Origin: Stenotrophomonas sp. | GTDB taxonomy: Bacteria; Pseudomonadota; Gammaproteobacteria; Xanthomonadales; Xanthomonadaceae | Length of the DNA stretch: 64,000 nt | Assembly: GCA_035629025.1 (NCBI GenBank) | Contig: DASPIU010000059.1 | Coordinates: forward strand, 93,299 to 157,298 | Reading direction: 5' to 3' | Made by a program: the position numbers and the translations under genes | Notes under the pieces: model-generated | Told to the model about the DNA's origin: nothing | Databases searched by the model: none | The model's input: the letters and a program-made list of their open reading frames with translations, nothing else | Shown here: in pieces, positions 27,374 through 36,734 of the stretch | How positions within the stretch are numbered: the stretch's first letter is position 1 | Layout of the letters: each line of letters begins with the position of its first letter

Positions 27374-27547
27374 CCTGTAACTTCGCAACATCCGCTGCGA
27401 AGCGTGGCGTTTTCCCGGTAGCCCCCAACCGCGTACTTCCCCAACGCAAGATGTAACAGCCACGCGCCGGCGTGTCCGCCCTGAAACGGCATCGGCTGCA
27501 TGCAACGTTTTGCTTCGCGCGCGCTCGTCCCGCGAACGCGCAAGTCT

Positions 27548-29029
27548 CTAGGATTCGGCGTGCGCCAGTGCGTTGGCGACTGCGGCGTCGGCGCCATCAC
27601 CCATTGCCGCATAGGCCTGCGTCAGTGCCTGCACGAATCGCGCATCGGCGGCCAGTGCACCGAACACGCCGTCGATCCGCAGGAAGGCGGCAACATCGGT
27701 GGCGGCATCGTCGTGCATGTTGCTGGCGATGCGCGCCAGGGGCTCCGCCATCGGATCGGCCAGCGCGATGCCTGCAGCCGTCTGCCGTCGCACGAAATGC
27801 AGCCAGGCGGCGACGGGCAGGCACAGCACGTTGATCGGCCGCGCGGCGGCCAGGGCTTCGGCGATCGTGCCAAGGAACCGCACCGGAATCTTCTGCGAGC
27901 CATCCTGGGCGATCTGCAGCAGCCGATGGCGCACCGCCGGATTACCGAAGCGGGCGAGGATCGCATCGATATAACCCGGCGCATCGAAGCCTTCCGGCAG
28001 CACGACATTGGGTGCAATGTGCGCGCGCAGCAGCCGGCCGACGAACGGGCCCAGCGCCGGGTGGCGCATGCCCGCGGCCACCGTTTCCAGCCCCAGCAAG
28101 GTGCCCAGATAGGCCAGCGCCGAATGCGGCGCGTTGAGCAGGCGCAACTTGGCGCGGTCATAGCCGGCGATATCACTGCTCATGGTCACGCCCACGCGGG
28201 CCCAGTCGGGCCGGCCGAGCGCGAAGTCGTCCTCCACCACCCACTGGCTGTAAGCCTCGCGCTGTACCGGCCAGGCGTCGTCCAGGCCCAGCGCCTGTGC
28301 TGCCCGCTCGCGCAGCGGCGCATCGCTGGCGGGGGTGATGCTGTCGACCATCGAACGCGGAAAGCGTGCGTGCGTGTCGATCCATGACGCCAGCCCCGGG
28401 TCCAGTTGCCGCGCGAACTGCACGCAGGCGCGGCGCAGCTTGCCGCCGTTGTCTGGCAGGTTGTCGCAACTGAGCACGCTGCAGGCCGGCACGCCGCGTT
28501 CGCGGCGCAAGCGCAGGCCAGCCACGACATGGCCAATCGCGCTGACCGGCGCATGCGGCGTGGCGAGGTCGTGGACGATATCCGGATGGGCGAGGTCGAG
28601 ATCGTCGCCGTGCAGGCAATACCCCTTCTCGGTCACGGTCAGCGTGACCAGCCGCACCGCCGGATCGGCCAGGCGCTCCAGGACCGCCGCCGGCTGCTGC
28701 GGCGCGCACAGGACTTCGCGCACCGCGCCGATCACGCGCCACTGCGGCGTTTCGCCAAGCAGCTCCAGCGTGTACAGGCCATCCTGCGGCTGCAGCGCAT
28801 CGCGCACCTCAGGACTGCGCAGCGACACACCGCAGATTGCCCATTGCGGTTCACGATCCAGCAGCGCATCAATGTATACGGCCTGGTGCGCGCGATGAAA
28901 TGCGCCAATGCCCAGATGCACGATGCCGATGCGCGTGCTGGCGCGGTCGTAGCGCGGGCGTGCCACCTCGGCCGGGAGGCGGCCGAGGGTGGCGTCGCAC
29001 AGGCGCGGCAGGGGTTGGCCCAATGTCAC
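27548..29029 (-). CDS. uxuB: Fructuronate reductase / D-mannonate oxidoreductase (mannitol dehydrogenase family)
   Basis: 493 aa. IVHLGIGAFHRAHQAVY, VTLTVTEKGY and the long-chain mannitol-DH C-terminal domain. The GTG start overlaps the GH3 stop (GTGA). Confidence 0.85.
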   Translation of the reverse strand: MTLGQPLPRLCDATLGRLPAEVARPRYDRASTRIGIVHLGIGAFHRAHQAVYIDALLDREPQWAICGVSLRSPEVRDALQPQDGLYTLELLGETPQWRVIGAVREVLCAPQQPAAVLERLADPAVRLVTLTVTEKGYCLHGDDLDLAHPDIVHDLATPHAPVSAIGHVVAGLRLRRERGVPACSVLSCDNLPDNGGKLRRACVQFARQLDPGLASWIDTHARFPRSMVDSITPASDAPLRERAAQALGLDDAWPVQREAYSQWVVEDDFALGRPDWARVGVTMSSDIAGYDRAKLRLLNAPHSALAYLGTLLGLETVAAGMRHPALGPFVGRLLRAHIAPNVVLPEGFDAPGYIDAILARFGNPAVRHRLLQIAQDGSQKIPVRFLGTIAEALAAARPINVLCLPVAAWLHFVRRQTAAGIALADPMAEPLARIASNMHDDAATDVAAFLRIDGVFGALAADARFVQALTQAYAAMGDGADAAVANALAHAES

Positions 29030-31737
29030 TTGTCCACCGTGTACACCTGCCGCAGGCGGATGTCGGCACTGGAAGCGCCCACCTGCACTTCGTACTTGCC
29101 GGGATCCACCACATAGCGCTTGCGCTCGGCGTCATAGACGCGCAGATCACGTTCCGGCTGCACGGTGAAGCTCACCTCGCGTTGCTCGCCCGGCTGCAAG
29201 GTGACGCGGCTGAAGCCGCGCAGGTCCTTGAGCGCGCGCGTGCGCCTGGGGTCCAACGGCTTGAGATACAGCTGCACGACCTCGTCGGCCGCCATCTTGC
29301 CGCTGTTGCGCACCTTGACGCTGACCTGCAGCGGCTCGCCGGCCTTGCCCTGCCGGCGTTGCAGTGTCAGGTCGCCATAGTCGAACTTCGCGTAGCTCAG
29401 GCCATGGCCGAACGGATACAGCGCCTGGCCCTGGTAGTAGCGATAGGTGCGGCCCTGCATCGTGTAGTCGTCGAAGGCCGGCAGCGTGGCATCTTCCTTG
29501 TAGAAGGTGATCGGCAGGCGGCCGCCGGGACTGGTCTTGCCAAACAGCGCATCGGCTACCGCATCGCCGCCGCGCTGACCGGGATACCAGGCCAGCAGGA
29601 TCGCCGGCAGGTGCTGCTGTGCCCAGTCAATCGCCAGCGCCGAGCCGGCGGTGAGCACGGCCACGACCGGCTTCCCGGTGCCCTGCAACGCCTCCAGCAG
29701 TTCGCGCTGCGGCTTGGGCAGGCGCAGGTCGGTGCGGTCGCCGCCGGCAAAGCCCGGGTAGCTGACATCCATCTCCTCGCCTTCGACATCGCCGGTGAGG
29801 CCGCCGACGAAGATCACCGCATCGGCATCGCGCGCGGCCTGCAGTGCTTCCTGCAACGGCGGTGCGCCGCCCGGCAGGCGCCAGGCCAGTTTCACTGCCG
29901 CATCGCGTTCGTGTTCGTAGTACTCCAGGCGCAGGTCGTAGGCCTGGCCGCCGCGCAGGGCGAGGCTGGCATGTTCGGCCTGTGCGCGGTCGGCGTTGCG
30001 CCAGCGGTCCAGCACCAGCTTGCCGTCCACATAGAGGCGGAAGCCGTCGTTGGCGGTGACGCTGATGTCGTAGCTGCCGTCGCGCGGCGGCAGCAGCTGG
30101 CCGCTCCAGCGCACGCTGAAGTCATCGGCCGCCAGCGCCTTGTCGCGCGACAGTTCGCCGCGGGCGACGGCGTCATCGGTCGGCGCGCCGCGGTCCCAGC
30201 GGAACGCGACGCGCGAGTCGAGCCGGGTCAGCGCCGGCGTGCCGGCCAGCGCGGTGCCCTTGAAGTATTCGCCCTTCAAGCCGCGTTCGTTGGCCAGCGC
30301 CGAGGGGCGCAGGTAGCGCGGCTCGATCGGCACGTCGGCGTCGGGGTCGTCGCTGCGCTCGACCAGATCGCTGCCGCGCGCGTACACCACTTCGGCATTG
30401 GGCAGCGCCTTGCGGATGCCACGCAGCACGGTGACCGGGTCGGCCGGCGTGCCGTAGTAGTTGCCGAGCAAGGCCATCGGATCGTCGGCGGTCGGGCCGA
30501 TCACCGCCACCCGCTTGAGCGAGGGCGACAATGGCAGCAGCCCATCGTTCTTCAGCAGCACCAGCGACTCGCTCGCCGCGCGCAGGGCCAGGGCATCGTG
30601 GGCCGGCGACTGATTCACCGAGTACGGAATCTGCGCGTAAGCCACGCGCTCGGGTGGATCGAACATGCCCAGGCGCATCCGCGCGGTCATCAGCTTGCGC
30701 ACGGCTGCATCGATCTCGGCCTCGCTGATCAGCCCCTGCCTGACCGCATCGACCAGGGCGCCATAGGTGCGCCCGCAGTTCAGTTCCAGCCCGCGCTTGA
30801 CCCCCAGCGCCGCGGCCTCGGCGGCGCTGCCGACGATCTTGTGGTGCTTGTAGATGTCCTCGATCGAATCACAGTCCGACACCACATAGCCGTCAAAGCC
30901 CCAGGCCTGGCGCAGGGTGTCCTGCAGCAGGAACTGGCTGGCCGAAGCCGACTCGCCATTGACGCGGTTGTAGGCGCCCATCACCGAATCCACGTGCGCC
31001 TCCTGCACCAGGGCCTGGAACGCCGGCAGATAGGTTTCGTAGAGATCACGCGGTTCCGGGTGCACGTCGAACTCGTGTCGGTTGTGCTCCGGGCCGCTGT
31101 GCACGGCGAAGTGCTTGGCGGTGGCGTCGACCTTGCGGTATTTGGGGTCGTCGCCCTGCAGGCCCTCGACGAAGTTCACGCCCATGCGCGCGGTCAGGAA
31201 CGGGTCTTCGCCATAGGTTTCCTGCCCGCGGCCCCAGCGCGGATCACGGAAGATGTTGATGTTCGGCGACCAGAAGGTCAGGCCCTGGTAGCGGCCATGC
31301 TGGTCGTGGCGCAGGAACTCGTGGTGCTTGGCCCGCGCCTCGTCGCTGATGGTGGTGGCGACCTGGTGCATCAGCGGGGTGTCGAAGGTCGCCGCCAGCG
31401 CGATGGCCTGCGGGAACACGGTGGCGCCGCCGGCTCGGGCCACGCCATGCAGGGCCTCGTTCCACCAGTCGTAGGCTGGCACGCCCAGGCGCGCGATGGC
31501 CTGCGCGCTGTTCTGCATCTGCCCGACCTTTTCTTCCAGGGTCATCCGCGAGACGAGGTCGGCGGCACGCTCTTCAAAACCGCGGTCCGGGTCGAGGTAC
31601 AGCGGGCGTGCATCCGCCGCTGCGGACGGCGCCGGCGACGTTGCGGGTGGCGCGGCACTGGCCGCGGTCAGCGGCAGCAGCGACAGCGCGACGGCCAACG
31701 CCAAAGCCTGGCGGCCACGATGGGGCAGCAGGTGCAT
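29026..31737 (-). CDS. GH3 beta-xylosidase / beta-glucosidase, secreted
   Basis: I prefer ATG 31737 (MHLLPHRGRQALALAVALSLLPLTAASA signal). WNEALHGV, GYVVSDCDS (nucleophile Asp context), and a C-terminal fibronectin-like plus PA14-like insert (...FSVRWSGQL...). Confidence 0.9.
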   Translation of the reverse strand: MHLLPHRGRQALALAVALSLLPLTAASAAPPATSPAPSAAADARPLYLDPDRGFEERAADLVSRMTLEEKVGQMQNSAQAIARLGVPAYDWWNEALHGVARAGGATVFPQAIALAATFDTPLMHQVATTISDEARAKHHEFLRHDQHGRYQGLTFWSPNINIFRDPRWGRGQETYGEDPFLTARMGVNFVEGLQGDDPKYRKVDATAKHFAVHSGPEHNRHEFDVHPEPRDLYETYLPAFQALVQEAHVDSVMGAYNRVNGESASASQFLLQDTLRQAWGFDGYVVSDCDSIEDIYKHHKIVGSAAEAAALGVKRGLELNCGRTYGALVDAVRQGLISEAEIDAAVRKLMTARMRLGMFDPPERVAYAQIPYSVNQSPAHDALALRAASESLVLLKNDGLLPLSPSLKRVAVIGPTADDPMALLGNYYGTPADPVTVLRGIRKALPNAEVVYARGSDLVERSDDPDADVPIEPRYLRPSALANERGLKGEYFKGTALAGTPALTRLDSRVAFRWDRGAPTDDAVARGELSRDKALAADDFSVRWSGQLLPPRDGSYDISVTANDGFRLYVDGKLVLDRWRNADRAQAEHASLALRGGQAYDLRLEYYEHERDAAVKLAWRLPGGAPPLQEALQAARDADAVIFVGGLTGDVEGEEMDVSYPGFAGGDRTDLRLPKPQRELLEALQGTGKPVVAVLTAGSALAIDWAQQHLPAILLAWYPGQRGGDAVADALFGKTSPGGRLPITFYKEDATLPAFDDYTMQGRTYRYYQGQALYPFGHGLSYAKFDYGDLTLQRRQGKAGEPLQVSVKVRNSGKMAADEVVQLYLKPLDPRRTRALKDLRGFSRVTLQPGEQREVSFTVQPERDLRVYDAERKRYVVDPGKYEVQVGASSADIRLRQVYTVDK

Positions 31738-31738
31738 G

Positions 31739-33466
31739 TCAATCCTCCTGGAAGGGGGCCGCTTCGGCCCGGGCATAAGGCCCGATCGTGACACCGACGA
31801 AACCGCCGGCCAGATCGGTGCTCAATACATGGATGTCTTCGCCGGCGCGCAGGGTCTGCCAGCCGTGTCCGGCATCGAAGGCAAAATCGCCGCGGCCGGC
31901 CTCGCCCTGCACGCGCAGGCGCAGGCTGTCGGCATCGGCGACGCGGGCCTGCGCGACCACGCGCGCATCGCCGGCCACATGGCGTTGCAGGAAGACTGTC
32001 GCGCCCTCGCCGCTGCGTTGTACGCCAACCACGTACCAGTGCTGCTCGTCCTGATACAGCGCCAGCCCGGCGCTGGTACCTGTCGCCTGCGGCACCTGCA
32101 CGCGCAGCTCGCTGTCGAAGCGCAGGTGCTGCTGGCGCCGGCCGAGGAACGCGGGTGTGCCGTGGCTGTCGAGACCGTCGGCCTGTGGCGTCAGCAGCAG
32201 TTGCCCCGGCTTGCTGCGCAGGTCGGCCCAGGTCGGCGCCATGCGCAGGCTCAGCCATTCCGGGCGCAGCGTGGTGGCGCTGAAGTCGTCGCGCCATTCA
32301 AAGTTGCCGCTGCGTGGTGCCTGCGTGCCCTCGCCCATCCACGATGGCGCGGCCACCACCTGCGGGATCGGCTTGCCGGCATCGAGGATCACTGGCCAGC
32401 CATCGCGCCAGGTGACCGGCAGCAGGAAGGTTTCGCGCCCGGTCTGGTAATGACCGTCGCCATAGATGCGGCTGGCAAGGAAGATCGCCCACCAGCTGCC
32501 GTCCTTGCCTTCGACCAGGTCGGCGTGGCCGGCATTGGCGATGGGGTCGGCGCGGTTGGCCGGCAGGTCGCGCTGGGTCAGGATCGGGTTGTGCGCGTAC
32601 GGCGTGAACGGTCCCCAGGGCGAACGTGCGCGCAACACCACCTGCGAATGCTGCGGCCCGGTGCCGCCTTCCGCGCAGGACAGGTAGTACCAGCCATCGC
32701 GGCGGTAGATGTGCGGGCCTTCGATCCAGATCGGGTTCTTCTGCGGTTCCACCCCGCCGTCGATCAGCACCTTGCGTGGGCCGAACGGCTGGCCGCTCTT
32801 CAGGTCGAAGGCCTGCAACCAGATCGCACGATGTCCTTCATAGCGCGGCTTGCCCTCGGGCGGGCCGTTGTTGAGCAGGTAGGCGCGGCCATCGTCATCG
32901 ATGAACAGCGACGGGTCGATGCCATCCACGCCTGGCAGCCATACCGGGTCGGACCATGGGCCGGCCGGGTTCTTCGCCGTCAGGTAGTAGTTGCCGCCGT
33001 TGTCCACCGCGGTATTGAAGATGTAGAAGGTGCCGTCGTGGTGGGCGATGCTCGGCGCGAACACGCCGCGCGATGTGCCCAGGCCGGTGAAGTCGAGCTG
33101 CCCGGGCCGGTCGATGGCGTGCCCCAGCAGGCGCCAATGCACCAGGTCCTCGCTCTCGAACACCGGAATGCCCGGAAAATACGCGAACGTGGAATTGACC
33201 AGGTAATAGCGATCGCCGACCCGCGTCACCGCCGGATCGGGGAAGAAGCCGCTCAGCACCGGGTTGCGGTAGTGCGCCGGCGGCAGTGGCGCGGCAAAAG
33301 CGGGGTCATCGCCTCGATAGCGGAAGTCGTCAAAGGCGACAGGCGCGGCAGGCGTGGCCGCGGGCGCGGGCGCGATTGCCAGCCCCAGCCCCAGGCCCAG
33401 GCCCAGCCCGAGGACGCAGCGCATCGACAGCACGGCGCAGGAGGAACTGAACGTCCAGGCGCGCAT
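31739..33466 (-). CDS. GH43 xylosidase/arabinofuranosidase with C-terminal beta-sandwich domain, secreted
   Basis: Start ATG 33466. The signal peptide contains (GL)5. NPVLSGFFPDPAV, GVFAPSI, GIDPSLF, WIEGPHIY fit the GH43 catalytic triad context. About 200 aa C-terminal concanavalin-like domain. Confidence 0.88.
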   Translation of the reverse strand: MRAWTFSSSCAVLSMRCVLGLGLGLGLGLAIAPAPAATPAAPVAFDDFRYRGDDPAFAAPLPPAHYRNPVLSGFFPDPAVTRVGDRYYLVNSTFAYFPGIPVFESEDLVHWRLLGHAIDRPGQLDFTGLGTSRGVFAPSIAHHDGTFYIFNTAVDNGGNYYLTAKNPAGPWSDPVWLPGVDGIDPSLFIDDDGRAYLLNNGPPEGKPRYEGHRAIWLQAFDLKSGQPFGPRKVLIDGGVEPQKNPIWIEGPHIYRRDGWYYLSCAEGGTGPQHSQVVLRARSPWGPFTPYAHNPILTQRDLPANRADPIANAGHADLVEGKDGSWWAIFLASRIYGDGHYQTGRETFLLPVTWRDGWPVILDAGKPIPQVVAAPSWMGEGTQAPRSGNFEWRDDFSATTLRPEWLSLRMAPTWADLRSKPGQLLLTPQADGLDSHGTPAFLGRRQQHLRFDSELRVQVPQATGTSAGLALYQDEQHWYVVGVQRSGEGATVFLQRHVAGDARVVAQARVADADSLRLRVQGEAGRGDFAFDAGHGWQTLRAGEDIHVLSTDLAGGFVGVTIGPYARAEAAPFQED

Positions 33467-33471
33467 GGTGA

Positions 33472-34740
33472 TCACCAGTCCCACATCGCGCCGTCTTCCA
33501 GCCGCGCGACCGGCAGCTGGCGCGGCACGTACGGATAGCGCGCGGCAAGTTTCTCGTCCAGCGACACACCGTGGCCGGCGCTGTCACCCACATGCAGGCG
33601 GCCGTCGCGAAAACTGTAGTCGTGCGGGAACACCTCCAGCATCTGTTCGCTGTGGAACATGTATTCCTGGATGCCGAAGTTCGGTACCCAGGTGTCGAAA
33701 TGCAGGGCCGCGCCCATGCACACCGGCGACAGGTCGGTGGCGCCATGGAAGCCGGTGCGCACCTGGTACAGCGCGGCGAAGTCGGCCAGGCGGCGCACAT
33801 GGGTGATGCCGCCACCATGAACCAGCGTGGTGCGGATGTAGTCGATCAGCTGCTTCTCGATCAGGTGCTTGCAGTCCCAGATCGAGTTGAACACCTCGCC
33901 CACTGCCAGCGGCGTCACCGAATGCTGGCGGATCAGCTCGAACGATTGCTGGTTCTCCGCCGGGGTGGCGTCCTCCATCCAGAACAGGCGGTAAGGCTCC
34001 AGGCTGCGCGCCAGGCGCGCCGCCTCGATCGGCGTGAGCCGGTGGTGCACGTCGTGCAGCAGTTCGATCTCGTCGCCGTGATCAGCACGCAACTGCTCGA
34101 ACAGGCGCGGTGCAATATCCAGGTAACGCGGCGTCGACCACACCGTCTCCAGCGGCAGCTCGCTTTCGGCCGGCTCGTACGGCTTGCCCGCGGTGGAGAT
34201 GCCATAGGCCTTCTTCACTCCGGGCACGCCGCATTGCGCGCGGATGGCCAGGAAACCCATTTCGCGGTACTTGCCGACCTCGTCGCTGGCTTCGGCAATG
34301 TCGCGGCCATTGGCATGCGCGTAGACCAGCGCGCCCTCGCGCGAGCGCCCGCCCAGCAACTGGTAGATCGGCAGGCCCGCCATCTTGCCGAGAATGTCCC
34401 ACAGCGCCACGTCGACCGCGGCAATGGCGGTCATCGTCACCGGCCCGCGCCGCCAGTAGGCGCCGCGATACAGGAACTGCCAGGTGTCTTCGATGCGCCC
34501 GGCATCGCGCCCGATCAGGTTCGGTACCACATGCTCCTGCAGGTACGCGGCCACGGCCAGCTCGCGTCCGTTGAGCGTGGCATCGCCCCAGCCGACCACG
34601 CCGCTGCGGGTGACGATCTTCAAGGTGACGAAATTGCGCCCGGGGCTGGTCACGATGACCTTGGCCTCGACGATCTCGCGGTCGCGGCTGCTGCCCTGCG
34701 CGGGTGCGGAGGGAGGTGCGGATTCGGTGTGCGGGTTCAT
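33472..34740 (-). CDS. manD: D-mannonate dehydratase, enolase superfamily (ManD/RspA-like)
   Basis: [44 protein letters not shown] and WMEDATP fit the mandelate racemase/muconate lactonising enzyme fold. ATG 34740 is preferred over TTG 34764. Confidence 0.85.
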   Translation of the reverse strand: MNPHTESAPPSAPAQGSSRDREIVEAKVIVTSPGRNFVTLKIVTRSGVVGWGDATLNGRELAVAAYLQEHVVPNLIGRDAGRIEDTWQFLYRGAYWRRGPVTMTAIAAVDVALWDILGKMAGLPIYQLLGGRSREGALVYAHANGRDIAEASDEVGKYREMGFLAIRAQCGVPGVKKAYGISTAGKPYEPAESELPLETVWSTPRYLDIAPRLFEQLRADHGDEIELLHDVHHRLTPIEAARLARSLEPYRLFWMEDATPAENQQSFELIRQHSVTPLAVGEVFNSIWDCKHLIEKQLIDYIRTTLVHGGGITHVRRLADFAALYQVRTGFHGATDLSPVCMGAALHFDTWVPNFGIQEYMFHSEQMLEVFPHDYSFRDGRLHVGDSAGHGVSLDEKLAARYPYVPRQLPVARLEDGAMWDW

Positions 34741-34760
34741 CTGCGGATTCCGTGGAGTGA

Positions 34761-36722
34761 TCAATGCACGTCGATTTCAAACGGGCCGGCCGGCAGACCA
34801 TTGCCGTCGTACAGAGTGCACACCGGGCTGTCGGCCCAGCAGTAGCGCACGCGGCTGGCGTCCACGCCGGCGGGAACATCGAGCCACACGCGCTCGCCGT
34901 CGATGCGTGCGCTGGCGAACTGGCAACTGCCCGCGGCCGTGCCGCACAACTCGAAGCCGATCGGCTGCGCGGCGCTGTAGGCCACCAGTCCTTGCTCGAC
35001 CTGCCCAAACTGCAGCAGCACCGCCTCGCCCTGCCGCTTCGCGGCAGTCGGCACCGGGCCGGACGCTGCCAACGCTTCGCCATACACCACATGGCGGGCG
35101 ACGCGGGCCAGGCGCCGCGCCAGCTCCTGCTTGTTGGCCGGATGGATATCCGTGCGCTCGCCGATGTCCACCGCCACCACCAGGCCGGAGCGCGGATCTT
35201 CCGCGGCCACCTGGCGCTGCTGCTCGCGCAGTTCGGCCCACCCGCTCTCCACCGGCTTGCTGGACGGCGCGCCATAACCGGCCAGTTGCACGATCAGCAA
35301 CGGCAGCCCGGCACCGAACTGGCGCCGCAGGTCGCTGCGATAGGCGCGCAACAGCTGCCCATAGCGCTGCGCTTCAAAGGTATTGGATTCGCCCTGGTAC
35401 CACAGCGCGCCGCGCAGGCCGAAATCGGCCAGCGGCGCGATCATCCCGTTGTACAGCGTGGTCAGGCCCGCCGCCGATTGCCACGGTGCACGCGGCGGCG
35501 AAGCAAAGTCGGCCGGCATCGCGCGGTACTGCCACGGGCCCAGCGGCACGCGGCTGCCATCGGCGAGGATCAGCGCCTGCGCCGTGGCCGGGCCGATCAG
35601 CCCACCATCACGATAGGTATCGACGACGCTCACCGTGACCAGGTTGTCGCCGGCATGCAGCAGACCCGGCGGCAACGGATATTCGCGCGCATCGCCGCCG
35701 TAGCTGCTGCCGATGGCGCGGCCGTTGACCCAGGTCGTATCGATCTCGTCGGCACTGCCGATTGCCAGGGCCTTGGCCTGGCGGGCCTGCTCGGCACTCA
35801 GCGTCACCTGGCTGCGGAACCACACCAGGCCGTCAAACGATGCCAGTGCAGGCACGCCCCAATGCTCCCACGCGCCCAGCGCGGCCGGTGCCGGCGCCCA
35901 CTCGCCTTGCGGCGCGGCCTTCGCATCCCATGGCCGGTCGTTGCCGGCAATGCCGGGCTGCCGCTGCCACCACGCCTGCCAGAGTCCGCCCCATTGCGCC
36001 GCGGCCTGCAGCGGGTCCTTGGCATAACGCGCCAGCACTGCCTGCTCTTCACGATACAGGCCAGTGCGCGCGACTGCCTCGCCGCTGAGCCAGGCCTGTA
36101 TGCGCGAACCGCCCCACGCGGCGTTGATCAGCCCCATCGGCACGTCCACCTTCTGCTGCAACTCGCGTGCGAAGTAATAGCAGGCCGCGGAGAAGTCGCG
36201 CACGCTGTCGGTATCGGCGCGCTGCCATTGCGGCGCGGTGGCGAAGGTCGCGCGCGGCACCGCACTGGCTTCCTGCTTGATGCTGAGCAGGCGGATATCG
36301 TCATGCCGGGCGTTGAGCAGTTCCGAGCGCGAGTCCAGCGTGCGGTGCACCTGCAACTCCATGTTCGACTGGCCCGAGCACAGCCACACATCGCCGATCA
36401 GGATGTCCTGCGCCTGCACCTGCTCGTTGCCCGAGCGCGCCTGCAACCGGTGCGGGCCGCCGGCGGGCAGCGCCGGCAGCGTCGCGCTCCATTGGCCGTT
36501 GCTGCGCACCTTGGCGGTGGCTTGCGTACCGGCCAGCGTCACTTCCACCGTGCGCCCCGGCGTGCCCTGCCCGTGCACGCGCAGTGGCTGCTCCCGCTGC
36601 AGCACGGCGTGGTCGCCGAAGGGACTGTCGAAGCCGAGCGCTGCGGCAGCCGCGGACAACGGCAGCGCCGCATGCAAGGTCAGGCACAGCACCAGCGCAA
36701 ACTTGGGCAGGGTCGGCTTCAT
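34761..36722 (-). CDS. Sialate O-acetylesterase-like (SGNH) acetyl-xylan esterase, secreted
   Basis: 653 aa with a signal peptide. [11 protein letters not shown] has the catalytic Ser in GQSNM. Two repeats of the domain are typical of the 9-O-acetylesterase family. Confidence 0.82.
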   Translation of the reverse strand: MKPTLPKFALVLCLTLHAALPLSAAAAALGFDSPFGDHAVLQREQPLRVHGQGTPGRTVEVTLAGTQATAKVRSNGQWSATLPALPAGGPHRLQARSGNEQVQAQDILIGDVWLCSGQSNMELQVHRTLDSRSELLNARHDDIRLLSIKQEASAVPRATFATAPQWQRADTDSVRDFSAACYYFARELQQKVDVPMGLINAAWGGSRIQAWLSGEAVARTGLYREEQAVLARYAKDPLQAAAQWGGLWQAWWQRQPGIAGNDRPWDAKAAPQGEWAPAPAALGAWEHWGVPALASFDGLVWFRSQVTLSAEQARQAKALAIGSADEIDTTWVNGRAIGSSYGGDAREYPLPPGLLHAGDNLVTVSVVDTYRDGGLIGPATAQALILADGSRVPLGPWQYRAMPADFASPPRAPWQSAAGLTTLYNGMIAPLADFGLRGALWYQGESNTFEAQRYGQLLRAYRSDLRRQFGAGLPLLIVQLAGYGAPSSKPVESGWAELREQQRQVAAEDPRSGLVVAVDIGERTDIHPANKQELARRLARVARHVVYGEALAASGPVPTAAKRQGEAVLLQFGQVEQGLVAYSAAQPIGFELCGTAAGSCQFASARIDGERVWLDVPAGVDASRVRYCWADSPVCTLYDGNGLPAGPFEIDVH

Positions 36723-36734
36723 CGGCGGTCCGGA

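Noticed and set aside
27513-27536. Hairpin TTCGCG-N11-CGCGAA just after the uxuB stop, as a candidate terminator
   Set aside because: It has only a 6-bp stem with an 11-nt loop, and no U-run on the - strand. The T-run is on the wrong side.
28837-31791. 984-aa + strand ORF
   Set aside because: It is a shadow ORF antisense to the GH3 gene, with low-complexity Arg/Ala/Gly composition.
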